Shown in pieces: positions 47,788 through 59,476 of a stretch of DNA of 64,000 nt (the stretch's first letter is position 1; every line of letters starts with the position of its first letter). The position numbers and the translations under genes were made by a program. The notes beneath the pieces are model-generated. The model was not told the origin of the DNA. It did not search any database and saw only the letters and a program-made list of their open reading frames with translations. Origin of the DNA: Takakia lepidozioides (lineage: Eukaryota; Plantae; Bryophyta); NCBI GenBank assembly GCA_030704615.1, contig CM060731.1, positions 61,256,001 through 61,320,000 of the forward strand, written 5' to 3'.

Positions 47788-50630
47788 ATGGAAGATACTA
47801 GAGTTTTGTGGTGTTCTATGCTGTGTCCCGAATTCTACATGGGTGACTGTTCAATGGACGATTGCCATGCCAAGGCTGATGTTGTGTTGGCCACTGAGAA
47901 CCTAGAAGAGTTAAGTGCTAATTCCAAGTATGATGGGCTTCGATTTTGGCAGGAGATTTTGGTTGAGCATGCCTCCGCAATAAAACACTCACGCACCAAC
48001 CACTACCAAGTTGAAGACGCAGACCATATGGAAGTTTGTAGGCCAACCAGCCAGACGCATGTGAGCTACCAAAAGCTTCTTGAACTCCTTCAGCTAATCC
48101 AAGGCCAGGAAGTGAGCGATCCCCCTTCCTTCTTTGCTGAACTGCATATTTTGCTGCTTCCAAGCATGCCAGAGAGTGGGGCAATGTCCAAAGACTCGCG
48201 TCCAAAGATGTCGGGCCAGATAATTAACCATTATTGAATTTCTGTTTTTCGCATGTCTCTGTCTTCGTGCAGATAAACTTCTTGAGTCAGAGCTGGATCC
48301 CCGAACTCCCGACACATTTGCTTGGGGTCTCAGAACATGTCGACATAGTGAAGCGCCGGCTCGAAGGGGCTCATATAGTCGGTGTAGTTGGGATGGGTGG
48401 TATCGGCAAGACAACGCTGGCAAAGGCGGTCTATCATGATCTCGCGAATGGATTTTGATGCATACAGCTTCCTGCCAGACATCCGATCAAGTGGCATTCT
48501 GGAGATGCAGAGACAGCTATTGCGGGACATAGGTCACAGCATGGATGAGAGTAACACTAAAAATGTGGAGCGAGTTCGGATGCTTATAGAGAAGTGTTTA
48601 AAGGATTAAAAAGTGCTCTTGGTTTTGGACGATGTTGGCACTGAGGCCCAAATGGTTGCTTTGGGTCTAAGCTGCAAGCAGTTGAAAACTGGGAGTAAGA
48701 ACATTGTGACAAGCCGGAACTGGAGAATTCTAGATAAGTATGTGGGGGTTGATGGAAAGTATGAGGTGGAGGAACTTGGCCCAGAGCAAGCCCTGGATCT
48801 CTTTGGCATGCACGCTTCTGTAGACAGAGGAGAGCGAAAACAAAAGTTTGAAGTGATGTCAAAGGCGGTTGTGGCTGCTTGTGGGGGGCTTCCATTGAGC
48901 CTAGAGGCCATGGGGGCTTTTCTTCGCACTTGTGATGATTTGCAGGAATGGGAAGAGGTACTAGATAGGCTGGGAAAGGCACAACCTTTGCAGGGGGATA
49001 ATAAGGATGAGAAGTTATGGAGCCGGTTGCAAATTAGTTACGATTCCTTAGGGCAGGTGGAGCGAGATATGTTTTTGGACCTTGCGTGCTTCTTTTGCGA
49101 CGGTCGCTTTTGCCATGGTGGCTTTGTTGAACCTTATGAGGAGTCTCAAGGTCTGCGTTCTGAAACAGCGCTGCGGATATGGAGTTCCTGGTCACCAACA
49201 ATTGGATTGAAAAACCTTCAGCATAGATCGCTCGTGAAAATAGAGAACGACAAGTTGCTGACCATGCATGATCAGTTGCGGGACATGGGTCGGGACATCG
49301 CAAGAAAGAATTCCCCACCTTTTGGTGACCGATTATGGGAGGTGGAGACAGCGGAAATGGCCCTTCAAGCCAAACAGGTGATGGATCACACAATTTTAAT
49401 GTCTTGCTCTTGGCGAGCAAGAATTTAGTTATGTACAGCCTGATTTGTTAATTTGACTTAAATTACCTTGGTTGGCAGGACATGATTGAGTGGATGTAGC
49501 ATATCAATGTGTGGATCTCGCATATGAATCAATCATGTATGTGACCTACTTATAATAAAGCACCGCATTTCATGCCTTTGTTCCAATTTTGTGCAGGTGG
49601 GTTTCACTGTACAAGGCCTCTCATTGGCAGGCTCTGAGCGAGTTCACAAAATGCCCGGACTACGTTTGCAGTCCGCAAAATGTGGAGTATTGTCTCGGGG
49701 AACATTCCAGTCAACTGAGACTACTTTTTCTACGTTCTACGCAATTAACAGATCTACCAGAGTCCTTTGGATATCTCAAGATGTTACGTGTGCTTGACTT
49801 GAGTGGTAATTCCGAGTTGTGCAAACTACCAGATTGCATTGGGGATCTCACATCTTTACTGGAGCTACGCCTATGTGACTGTACAGCTTTGAAGAGACTA
49901 CCGCAAACGATCTGCCATCTCACACTACTACAAGACTCCACCTAATTCAAAATTACGGGCTTATGGAGCTGCCCGAGCATATAGGGGAACTTGAGAGACT
50001 GCGAGTGCTCGGCTTGCAAAGGTGTGGGCTACAGAAACTGCCGGAGTCGATCTGCCCACCTCACACTACTTCAAGAGCTCGACCTAATGTTTTGTGTCGG
50101 GCTTACGGAGCTGCCTGAGCATATCGGGGAACTTGAGAGACTACGAGTGCTCGTCTTGCAAGGGTGTGGGCTACAGAAACTGCCGGAGTCGATCTGTCGC
50201 CTCCCACTACTAGAAGAGCTCGACCTATTTGATTGTCACGGGCTTACGGAGCTGCCCGAGCATATCGGGGAACTCGAGAGACTACGAGTGCTTGGCTTGC
50301 ATGAGTCTGGGGCGCTACAGAAGCTGCCGGAGTCGATCTGCCTTACGGAGCTGCCTGAGCATATTGGGGAGCTTGAAAGACTACAAGTGCTCCGCTTGGG
50401 TTGGTGTGAGCAGCTACAGAAACTGCCGGAGTCGATCTGCCGCCTCACACTACTACAAGAGCTCGACCTACGGTATTGTGAGGGGCTTACGGAGGTGCCC
50501 GAGCATATCGGGGAACTTGAGAAGTCAGTACGAGTGCGCAAACCTGTGGATTTGCATTTGGTGTAGTGACAAAGATTGGGAGAGATTGAGAAAGAGGGAC
50601 TTGCTTAACTTGAGCTATCGCCACCATTCG
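47788..50630 (+). pseudogene. Hydrolase-NB-ARC-LRR (HNL-type NLR) pseudogene
   Basis: Hydrolase C-terminus DADHMEVCRP; P-loop GMGGIGKTT, kinase-2 LLVLDDV, TSRN, GGLPLSL, MHDQLRDMGR; 24-aa LRRs at 49600-50520. Frameshift ~48453, in-frame TAA 48607-48609, frameshifts ~49940-50060. Confidence 0.88.
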
Positions 50631-50993
50631 TAGGTCCCATTTATCGTCAGTTTGTCTCCACCCAGGAGCATCCTTACCTGCGTGAGCCACCGTTTTTGTA
50701 GCATTCGACAACGCAGACTCGCCTCTCTAGCCAGATGCGTCACCTTCTCTCTCATGAGCACCCTACAAGTATAATTTCTTATTTCCAACACATATTCATG
50801 AGTATTTACAGAAGCTCAATGGACCCTAATCCCTTGAGAACTGAAATAGTCACAGGGATATACGGACATACACAGGACAGCCATTTCTCAACGATTCTTT
50901 CTACGGAGTATTTGAATGATATGGTGGTCCCACAGTGTTTGATATGATATGGGGAATGTAGAGGAATTTGATGTTCCTCTCTACCACTGCATT

Positions 50994-53054
50994 GGATACA
51001 TGCCAAATCTCTCTTGAACGTTCAAAATATAGTACATCCAGTGCTCTGACATATCTCGATGGACTCTCTCTCTCATTATACTGCTCCCTGGCAGTCTACT
51101 GCATGGATAGTGTGAGAGAAGGTGTCCAAAAGTGAAGTGCACAAAAATGGGAGTGACAAACTGATGGAACTTGTTCTTGACTCAAAAGGATTCCAGCGTC
51201 GTAAATGACAGCCGTCATCACCGATACATAGTATTGTGCTTGGTATGGCAGTTCAAAGTACTCTCCAAAATAGGTGGGTAATCTTTAGGAAGAAGAGGTC
51301 GCCAAACAATTGGGTGATGGACTCCATGTTCTCTCTCCCAAAGTGGCGTTCCTTGACACGAGTTCACATGTTGGCTCATGGCTGTGATGTAGGCCGCCAT
51401 GAAGAAGAGAAAGACTGTCACTTTTGAAATACAAAAGGCTCTCCTCATCGCACAAGCTGGTACTAGGAAGAGGTCAACTGGTTCTACTTCCATCATGAGA
51501 GCTCGGAGTTGCCTTTGCCAAAGAAGGATGTTGCCCACTAACACTTCAATTCTCAATTGGGCAATTTCTGTTCAGAGCAAGTGAATGTTGCCAGATGGGG
51601 CAGCACAGTCACTTGAAGCAACACATGCCAAACTAGACCTTGGATTTGAATTTTTCTATTTATTTTCTCCTTTCTAATCACCGAGGCTGGCAACCAAAGA
51701 TTCTTCCTCAGTTGTCTGGACAATGACGGGTAGCCTTGAGCAAGAAAGCTCACAGCCGACTCTTGGGAGCTCTGTGAAGCTACCCAAAGCTATGGCTCTT
51801 GACCGAAGAGCATGCTTTTGGATTTTACCAGTTGCTGTCTGAGGTAGAGGGCCGAACACCACAGATCGTGGCACCATGAAATGTGGCAGCCGGTCATAAC
51901 AAAATTGAATGTCATCTCGTTCACTCAGTGAGACCTTCCCACTTGGTGTGACAAAGGCACATGGTGTTTCACCCCGGCGTTCATCAGGCCTAGCTATCAC
52001 AGCTGCCTCAAGCACCAAGGGATGTCTGAACAACACATTCTCCACTTCCAAGGAACTTATGTTTTCCCCTCCTGATATGATGATATCTTTGGCTCTATCC
52101 TTTATCTCCATATAGCCATCTGCATGCTTAACAGTAATATCACCTGAGTGACACCAGCCCCCTTTGAAACTTTCCTGGGTGACGTTGGGATTGTTCAAGT
52201 AGCCCTTCGAATCACAACTTCACCCAGGGTGGATCCTAGGGTCTGTGGCGGTAGACCCTAGGGCGTGGACCCGGCCATGGTGGGGGTGACCCCTTGTTTG
52301 GACGTGGCGGGGCCCACAAGCCTCACATGTGTGCATTCAAGTCGCTATTAATCTAAAATGAGAGGCTTTTAGGACAGCCATGTATCCAAGATTCTTTACC
52401 ACAGAGTTTGCAAAGATATGGGGAAAATACAGGAATTTGACCTCTCCACAACTGCATCTGCTGGATACATGCCAAATCTCTCTTGAACGTTCAAAATGTA
52501 GTACAGCCAGTGCTCTGACATATCTCGACGCCTCTCTCTCACACACTCACACAAGACCCTCGCAAACTATAAGGTCCCCAGCAGTCTACTTTCCTTAGAT
52601 CTGGACCTGTACTTCCTCCTGGGCAACCGCAACTGTCCTTTGCATGTAACTGCAGGTCTACCTGCCCCCTCTCTCTCTCCCTCCCTCATCTGAATATCTG
52701 ACAAGGCATAACTGATAAGCAAGTACTTAGTAAGGGTAAAGTGTCCCAGGCCGGTGGTGAAGTGACGTTGCACTGCAGTGCTGCATGATTTAACACCACA
52801 GGAACTTTCCAATGACAAATTGGTAGCATGTGCTCAGTTACAATCGCATGCTTGGATAATGTGGGAGAAGGAGGTGTCCCACAATGAAGTGCACGGAAAA
52901 ATGGAAGTGACAACTGATGGAACTTGTTCTTGACTCAAAAGGAACCTTTAGGAAGAAGAAATCACCAAATAATTGGGTGATGGACTCGATATTATCTCTC
53001 CCAAAGCATCGTTCCTTAACAGGAGGTCACATGTTGGCTCATGGCTGAGATGTA
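50994..53054. repeat. Dispersed direct duplication: blocks in 50994-51391 recur in 52463-53054
   Basis: Three collinear blocks (GGATACATGCCAAATCTCTCTTGAACGTTC..., CTGATGGAACTTGTTCTTGACTCAAAAGGA, AATTGGGTGATGGACTC...CACATGTTGGCTCATGGCTG). Confidence 0.85.
51674..52230 (-). pseudogene. C-terminal fragment of an acyl-activating enzyme (AAE, AMP-binding/acyl-CoA ligase)
   Basis: KGYLNNP...GGWCHSGD...YMEIKDRAKDIIISGGENISSLEVE...GETPCAFV...LPQTATGKIQK; N-terminal two thirds absent. Confidence 0.85.
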
Positions 53055-53195
53055 ACCGGTTATGGCATGCAATGGCAACCCTGCTTCTCTTCCATTGCAT
53101 GACATTGACCCCACCTTAGTCGATGCGACTGACTTATCACTAGATCCTGGCTGCATCTTTGAAGCACATACTTCCTTTTGTGGCGTTTTCTCGCT

Positions 53196-56100
53196 TTACC
53201 AGTAATCCCCACAAGAACAAGCCCCGTCTTCAAAGTGGTGAAAGCGTCTGGCATCCTGTACAACAACAACTCGTCCAACAATCTTAGAGATGAACTTGGT
53301 TGCGGTGTGACAGTCACTACACACCTGAAGATTCTTGATGACTCGGAGGGGTACCCCAGGGGGAGTGCTGATGAGTCCAAAACCAATGGCCAGCCTCTCG
53401 CTGTGGTGGCACAAAGAAAATTCCTTTATCTCTTCCTCCATATCACGCAATACAAAGCGCCTATCAGGTATGTACCCAGCCTCCTTCATCTGCCTAGAAA
53501 GTCTCTTAAGCTCAGCATGGATTTCCTCTATTTGAGGATGCAGTTTATCTTCTTCAACAAAAACGTGCACACGGTTGTCCACCTCGATGCAGCAGGATCC
53601 TGACTCCTTCCTGACACCTCTGTCCTCCATCATTTTTCTCACCTTTGCTTGGTCATCCCACCTGCCAGCCGCAGCATAGATGTTTGAGAGAAGTATATAT
53701 GTTGAAGCATGCTGTGGATCACACCTCAAAAGGCATTTTGATGCCTTCTCTGCTAGCTCCACATCACCATGATTTCTGCCCGCACCAAGCAAGGCACCCC
53801 ACACTGAAGCCTCTGGTGTCAGTGGCATATTATTAATGAGTTCCTCTGCTTCATCCAATCGCCCTGCACGCCCGAGAAGGTCCACCAAACAACCAAAATG
53901 CTCCACTGTGGGAGTGAGGCCATGATCCTGAGTCATGGAATTAAAGTAGTGATGACCTTCAGCAACTAGGCCAGCATGGCTACAAGCAGACAGAAGACAT
54001 GTAAAGGTCACATTGTTTGGCTGCAAGCCTTCCTGTTGCATTTGTTCAAATAATTGAACAGCTTCCCTACCACAACCATGCTGACCATATGCGGCAATCA
54101 TGCCACTCCAGGAGACCACATTTCTTTGAACCATTTTGTCAAACACTTGACGTGCCTCCTTCACGCTCCCACATTTGGCATACATGTTGGCCAGGGCAGT
54201 CTCCAGAACGATATCTGACACAATTCCAGCTTTGATGATATCAGCATGGACCTCTTTGCCCTTTTCCAGGGCTGCCAGGCAAGCAGTTGCATTGAGAAGG
54301 CAAATAAACGTGACCTTGTCCGGCATCACTCCTTCCCATATCATTTGCTCATAGATCTCCAAAGCCTCCTGACCACACCCCTGTTGAGCATATCCTGCAA
54401 TCATCGCATTCCACGAGACAACATTTCGTTGCTCCATACTGTCGAACACTTGACGTGCATCCTTTATGCTCTTGCATTTGGCATACATTGCAACAAGGGC
54501 GGTGTTCAGAATGATATGTGGCACAATCCCAGCCTTGACGATGTCAGCATGGACCTCTTTGCCCTTTCCCAGCCACCCTAAGCCAGCACATGCATTCAGA
54601 ACGCAAGTGAATGTGACTGCAGTTGGTGTCACCCCTTCTTGTATCATTTGCTCATACATCTTCAAAGCCTCCCTACCACAACCATGCTGGCCATATCCTG
54701 CAATCATCGCATTCCATGAGACGACATCTCGGAGACCCATATTGTCAAATACTTCATGTGCATCCTTTATGCTTCCGCACTTGGCATACATGTCAACCAG
54801 GGTATTCTCCAGAATGATATCTGGAACAATTCCAGCTTTGATCATGCCAGCATGGACCTCTTTGCCTTTCTCCAGGACTGCCAAGCTGGCACATGCATTA
54901 AGAACACAAGTGAACGTGACCTTGTTCGGTGTCACCCCTTCTTGTTGCATTTTCTCATATATCTTGAAAGCCTCCCTCTCAAACCCATGCTTGGCATATC
55001 CTGCTATCATTATCGTCCAGCTAAACAACGTTCGTTCAGGCATTCTGTCAAATACTTCGCGTGCATCCAAGACACTCCCACACTTGGCATACATGTTTAT
55101 GATGGTGTTTAGTAGAAAGGTGTTTGGCTTGAATCCACTTTCAATAATGTGGAAATGCACCTGCTTTCCCTTTGCTAAACCCCTTGTGTTGATACACTCC
55201 CTCAACAGAGTGACGTAAGTACGGAAGTCTGCTGTAAGGCCTCCTTGTTTCAAAATCTGCAGCGCCTCTGTCACCTCTCCTCCCTGACCTAGCGTCCTCA
55301 CATCCTCACAAACGCCAGAAATCCTGTTGACTCGCTCTCTTGGTACTCTTTCAAAAGTGCTGATGATAGTGGAGGTGCCTGATACAAACAGCTGTGCCTG
55401 ATCCAAAGCTGCCATCCTGCATGACTTTAAAAGTCTTAGTTGCAAACCTTTTCAGGCAACCTACCATACTAGACATCACAGCTCCAAGCTAAGAGTAAAG
55501 ACAATGCGAAGGTAACTGGACAAAAGAAAAAGAGGAGACTATATGCAAGCCAAGCCTGTCTACCAGTGAGAAACAAGCAAGGAAAGTCCTTCACAGAAAA
55601 ACTAAACCAACAAAGAGATGGACAGAAAAGACTGCAACCTTGTATTGTACAGTCCCAATCACGAAGTACAAGACAATTCAACCATTTCCTGAATAGTGTG
55701 ACTAGGCTGCTAAGAGTTCACACAAAATTTATTAATTCCTCAACTCTGGTTGCAAAGGTTTAGTTCCTGATCTTTCCAGAAGGGTAACGGGTAGAGTCAG
55801 CCAAGACATAGTTTTAGCAATCAAACAGTACCATTGTAAGAACCAAAAACGATGAGAACTACAAAAGCACCTATAGAACAAAACATGAAACAGAAAGAGA
55901 CAAGTAGGAAAGAGAAGAAGGCAACATGTGGTTATGATCCTTGCTATATATTAACAGTTCACAAAACCACTGCAACCCTGTACTGTAAGAGATCAACTAT
56001 ACCAATTGTATGTGTTTGATTCGGACACTTGCATCATTGAAACAATACCCTTTGTACTCTCGGCCTGGCACTACATGGCGTACACCAAACATTAGAACCA

Positions 56101-56579
56101 TCACTGTTTTGTGCTTGACCTTGTATCATGGCAGATATCACTTCCACCCAACTCCACCAACCCTTCTTTGGAAGGACCCCATCGTGGCACTTCTGTCTGA
56201 AGTCCAGGGATCTTGAACTTTCCTGTGAAATCCGCTGGTGGGCGGCTGATCAGCCATATAGCTTCAACCACTGCCTTGTACATACCAAACTACAACCACC
56301 AAAAGTTCCATCTTTCAAATAACAGAGAACAGTGTGCAACCTTCCAGCCAAAAGCTGAAGTATCTACAGTGAAGAGATAAACTGAATTTACTTTCAAGCA
56401 ACTGGAGATAGAAGTTAGCCTACAAAACATCTCGTGCCAGCTATAATGACAAGCCCTCCTTGACTAACTCTTTCACGTCCTAAATGAAGAAAGCATCACC
56501 TTATCAAATCTGCTGGTCCACCACTGTGAAGGATCTGAGAAGAACTCCTGCCACTTTCCTTCTTTGCCTATCCGTTGAC
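53196..56579 (-). CDS. PLS-class PPR-DYW C-to-U RNA editing factor with upstream PDF-motif exons (5' end probably near 57.5 kb)
   Basis: Intact large exon 55378-53196: PLS repeats, E1/E2, HHSERLA, CSDCH, CGDYW. In-phase upstream exons 56579-56500 ([19 protein letters not shown]) and 56222-56120 (SLDFRQK...WWSWV). First exon(s) uncertain. Confidence 0.9.
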
Positions 56580-59476
56580 CTGCATGCAGCAACTGTAAGA
56601 ATATGAGAGCATTGCCAGCTCTTAATCCTAATGTGAGTACTAGAGATTGGAATCACACCTGCCTTCGTCACATGAGGGACGGAATGGGGGGGTTAGAGCA
56701 GCACTACTAGAAGTAACACAGACATTTATAGCATAGTGTCCAGGCCTACTATCATCAGTCAATTCCTTCACCACTGGCTTTTGGGGGAAGGGTGTGTGTG
56801 CCAACTTTGGCAGGGAACGGTCGATAAGTACACCTCTCGAGTAATTGTGCTATGCACTGCTCCAGATGGACCACATCAGTGTGTGGCCTGTCTGTAATGA
56901 CAGGCTCTACATTAATGGATGTACTCTCTACATCTTGGATCTTGCAGCTCGATTTCGGTGGGCTGTGCCCAAGACATGTCATGACTCTGCTCGTCAGAGA
57001 ATCTGGTGGATATTTCCTAGAAAAGGTAATGGCCGCCGGCAGGCAATGCGAGCAAGTACATCTCTGTCTTCATCATTTTCTTTCACACAATCAAGCATGC
57101 AGAGAATGGAAAGAAAGAAGAAAGATAAGCACGTTCCAAATCTCGGGGGATACTGAAGGAGGACAAGGGTGTCAATTTCCTCTACTGCCCTTGTATGATG
57201 ACAATGAAATTGTTCCACGAAAATGGAGTTGCTTCTGCAGTTGGATCTGTCAAAATCCCTGAACCGCTTTTACGCACACAAAGCATGCCAAGAGTTACAT
57301 GCTTACACCTACCCTCCAAGAAAAGCGCGTAAAGATTTGCATGTCTTTACCTTCCTTCGCTTTCGGAGGCGTCTTTGTCATCTGTTGCAAGGGACGCTGC
57401 ATTGCCGAGCTGGAGGGCCAATTCCAGCCCCATATGAGGCCTCCTGCCAGGCCCAGCGCCTGCTCGGCCAGGAGGGAGCCGGAGGACGTTGCCAACCTTT
57501 CAAAGGCACACACTGCCATTCCTGTGCCCGTGCAACAAACATCACAGGAGGAAGCGGGAACCGAGAAGAAAGCAATTCATAGTTTCTAGTGTCACGGTAG
57601 CGCATCACATTCATGTCTCTATTGGCCTTTACTTCATCTAGCGAAGGAACCCACCAACCCCCAGCGCAGGAGGAGCTGAAGGTCTTGGGAGTAATGTTTG
57701 CGGAGCAATGTGGAAATCAGCGAATCGGCGCTGAAGTATACGAAGAAGATGAGGTAGCAGATTTGAACAAAATTGCAAAGCATTTTCTATCGTAGAGTGC
57801 TAGGTCGAAAGTCGAAACCCGTGAGATGATTGCCGCAATTTAGGACTAGTGATTCCTGGAAATCAGTGCCTCCCAGACTGATTGAGGGCACGGACAAGGA
57901 TGGGATGCCAACAAGATGCGTCAACAAGTACCTTGGATTCGAGTTTTAGCAGATGGATTACGTCAATTCTGATCATTTCAGAACTCCGAGGGATCAAAGT
58001 GCGGGATTGGAGGGACGTTCTCTTCCTGACGTCTTGCAAATCTAGAATCGGTGACACTTGCCACAAGCCCTTCTTTGAGTAGTCTCTCGGAAGCAGCAAC
58101 GGAAGTAGGAGCGGGTTCGCAAAGAAGATGTGGCTGCTGAAGAAGGAGCCTGCTGTTGCAATCGTTTCTTACATCGGGGTTGGAAGCACACGGACCAAAA
58201 CATATCTTTCTGCCTCTTTCTCACTCACCGGCGGGGATGGTAGCGTCTTCAGGCGTTCATACCCAAGGCCCTGTCCTCTCGCTTCGGTCATGCGTCATGC
58301 AGCAGATTAAATGTGGAGCTGAAAGCGGCATCTCTCTCGGCAATGTGCAGAAGATGGAGTCCCTTGCGTATGGTGGCTCTGGCGCCTTCAGGGATGCCAT
58401 CCAATTCAGGTAATAACACGAAACACTTCTTGTTTGGGGTCGCTGTTGGTAGGATGCACACTCGGAACTGTGTTTTGCGCAATTCAGCAGAAACGAATGT
58501 GCTCTGGGCAAGGAAGCAAGAAAGCGCACAGGATCGTTAGACGAGGCCGATAATTGGTATATCCGGCGCGCAGGTTGCTGGAGCTGTTCCTGGCGGGAGT
58601 GTTTACAAGATCCTTCACAATGGTGGGACGTCGACAAGGTGAGCTTACTTCATGTAGGATGTGAAGGGGTCTGAGTGAACTCTGGTATGCTCATATTTTG
58701 TGGACTGAATTCTACTGAGTGAGGTTAGACTGTCGCTTTGATCTGCAAAAACTGCTTTTACTGTCCGCGTAGGAGATTGTTCTTTCTGAGCAGGGCATGA
58801 AAATAGGATGCCCAAGGTCTTTTCCCTGGAGTTTGTAAGGTACTTGGGAGGTTTGAGAACTGTTCCTCATTAGAGTCCAATGGACTTGTATGAATGTTAT
58901 TGAAAGCTTACTACACTCCTCCATAAAGAACTTGTGAAAATGTTGATGCTGGGGAGTTTTGGCATGAAGGTCTACTGCGGAGCATGGAGCAGCGCTGGCA
59001 TGAGGTTTTTAGAGATCCTTCACAATGGTGGGTCAACTGCAATTGCAAGGTGTGGCTTTCTGAAGTTTGTCCGTGCTGCAAGTGTTGGCTCTTCCTGTCA
59101 TTATCATGATTAGATAGTTTTCCTGGTGTTTACAAGGTACTTGTGAGGGTCAGCTTGGTCTTAGGAGGCCATGTTTAAGTCTATGGCTGCCCAGCTGCAC
59201 TGTGGTGGTTCTCACAGACCAATCTGAGATAACCTGACTACAGACATAAGCAGGGTTGATGGTTGGTTGAATCCTCAAGAAAAGCTAGCTGTTTTCATGA
59301 TACAAGGTCAAGGACAATGTCGTGAGAGCAACTCTTTCAACATATTTCAGCTTGTTTTGCCCTGCTATCAGAGACATCCCTAATATTTTATGTTGAATTC
59401 TGGGAGTTATGGTTTGTTGGGTGGATCTATGGTGGTTTGGTGTGATTTTGACAAGAAACTGCAAATGTGGCAACAG

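Noticed and set aside
53196-53620. U-to-C (DYW:KP-type) editing factor
   Set aside because: Both genes have HSE, CxxC and a canonical DYW end, without KP-box or GRP/DRH termini.
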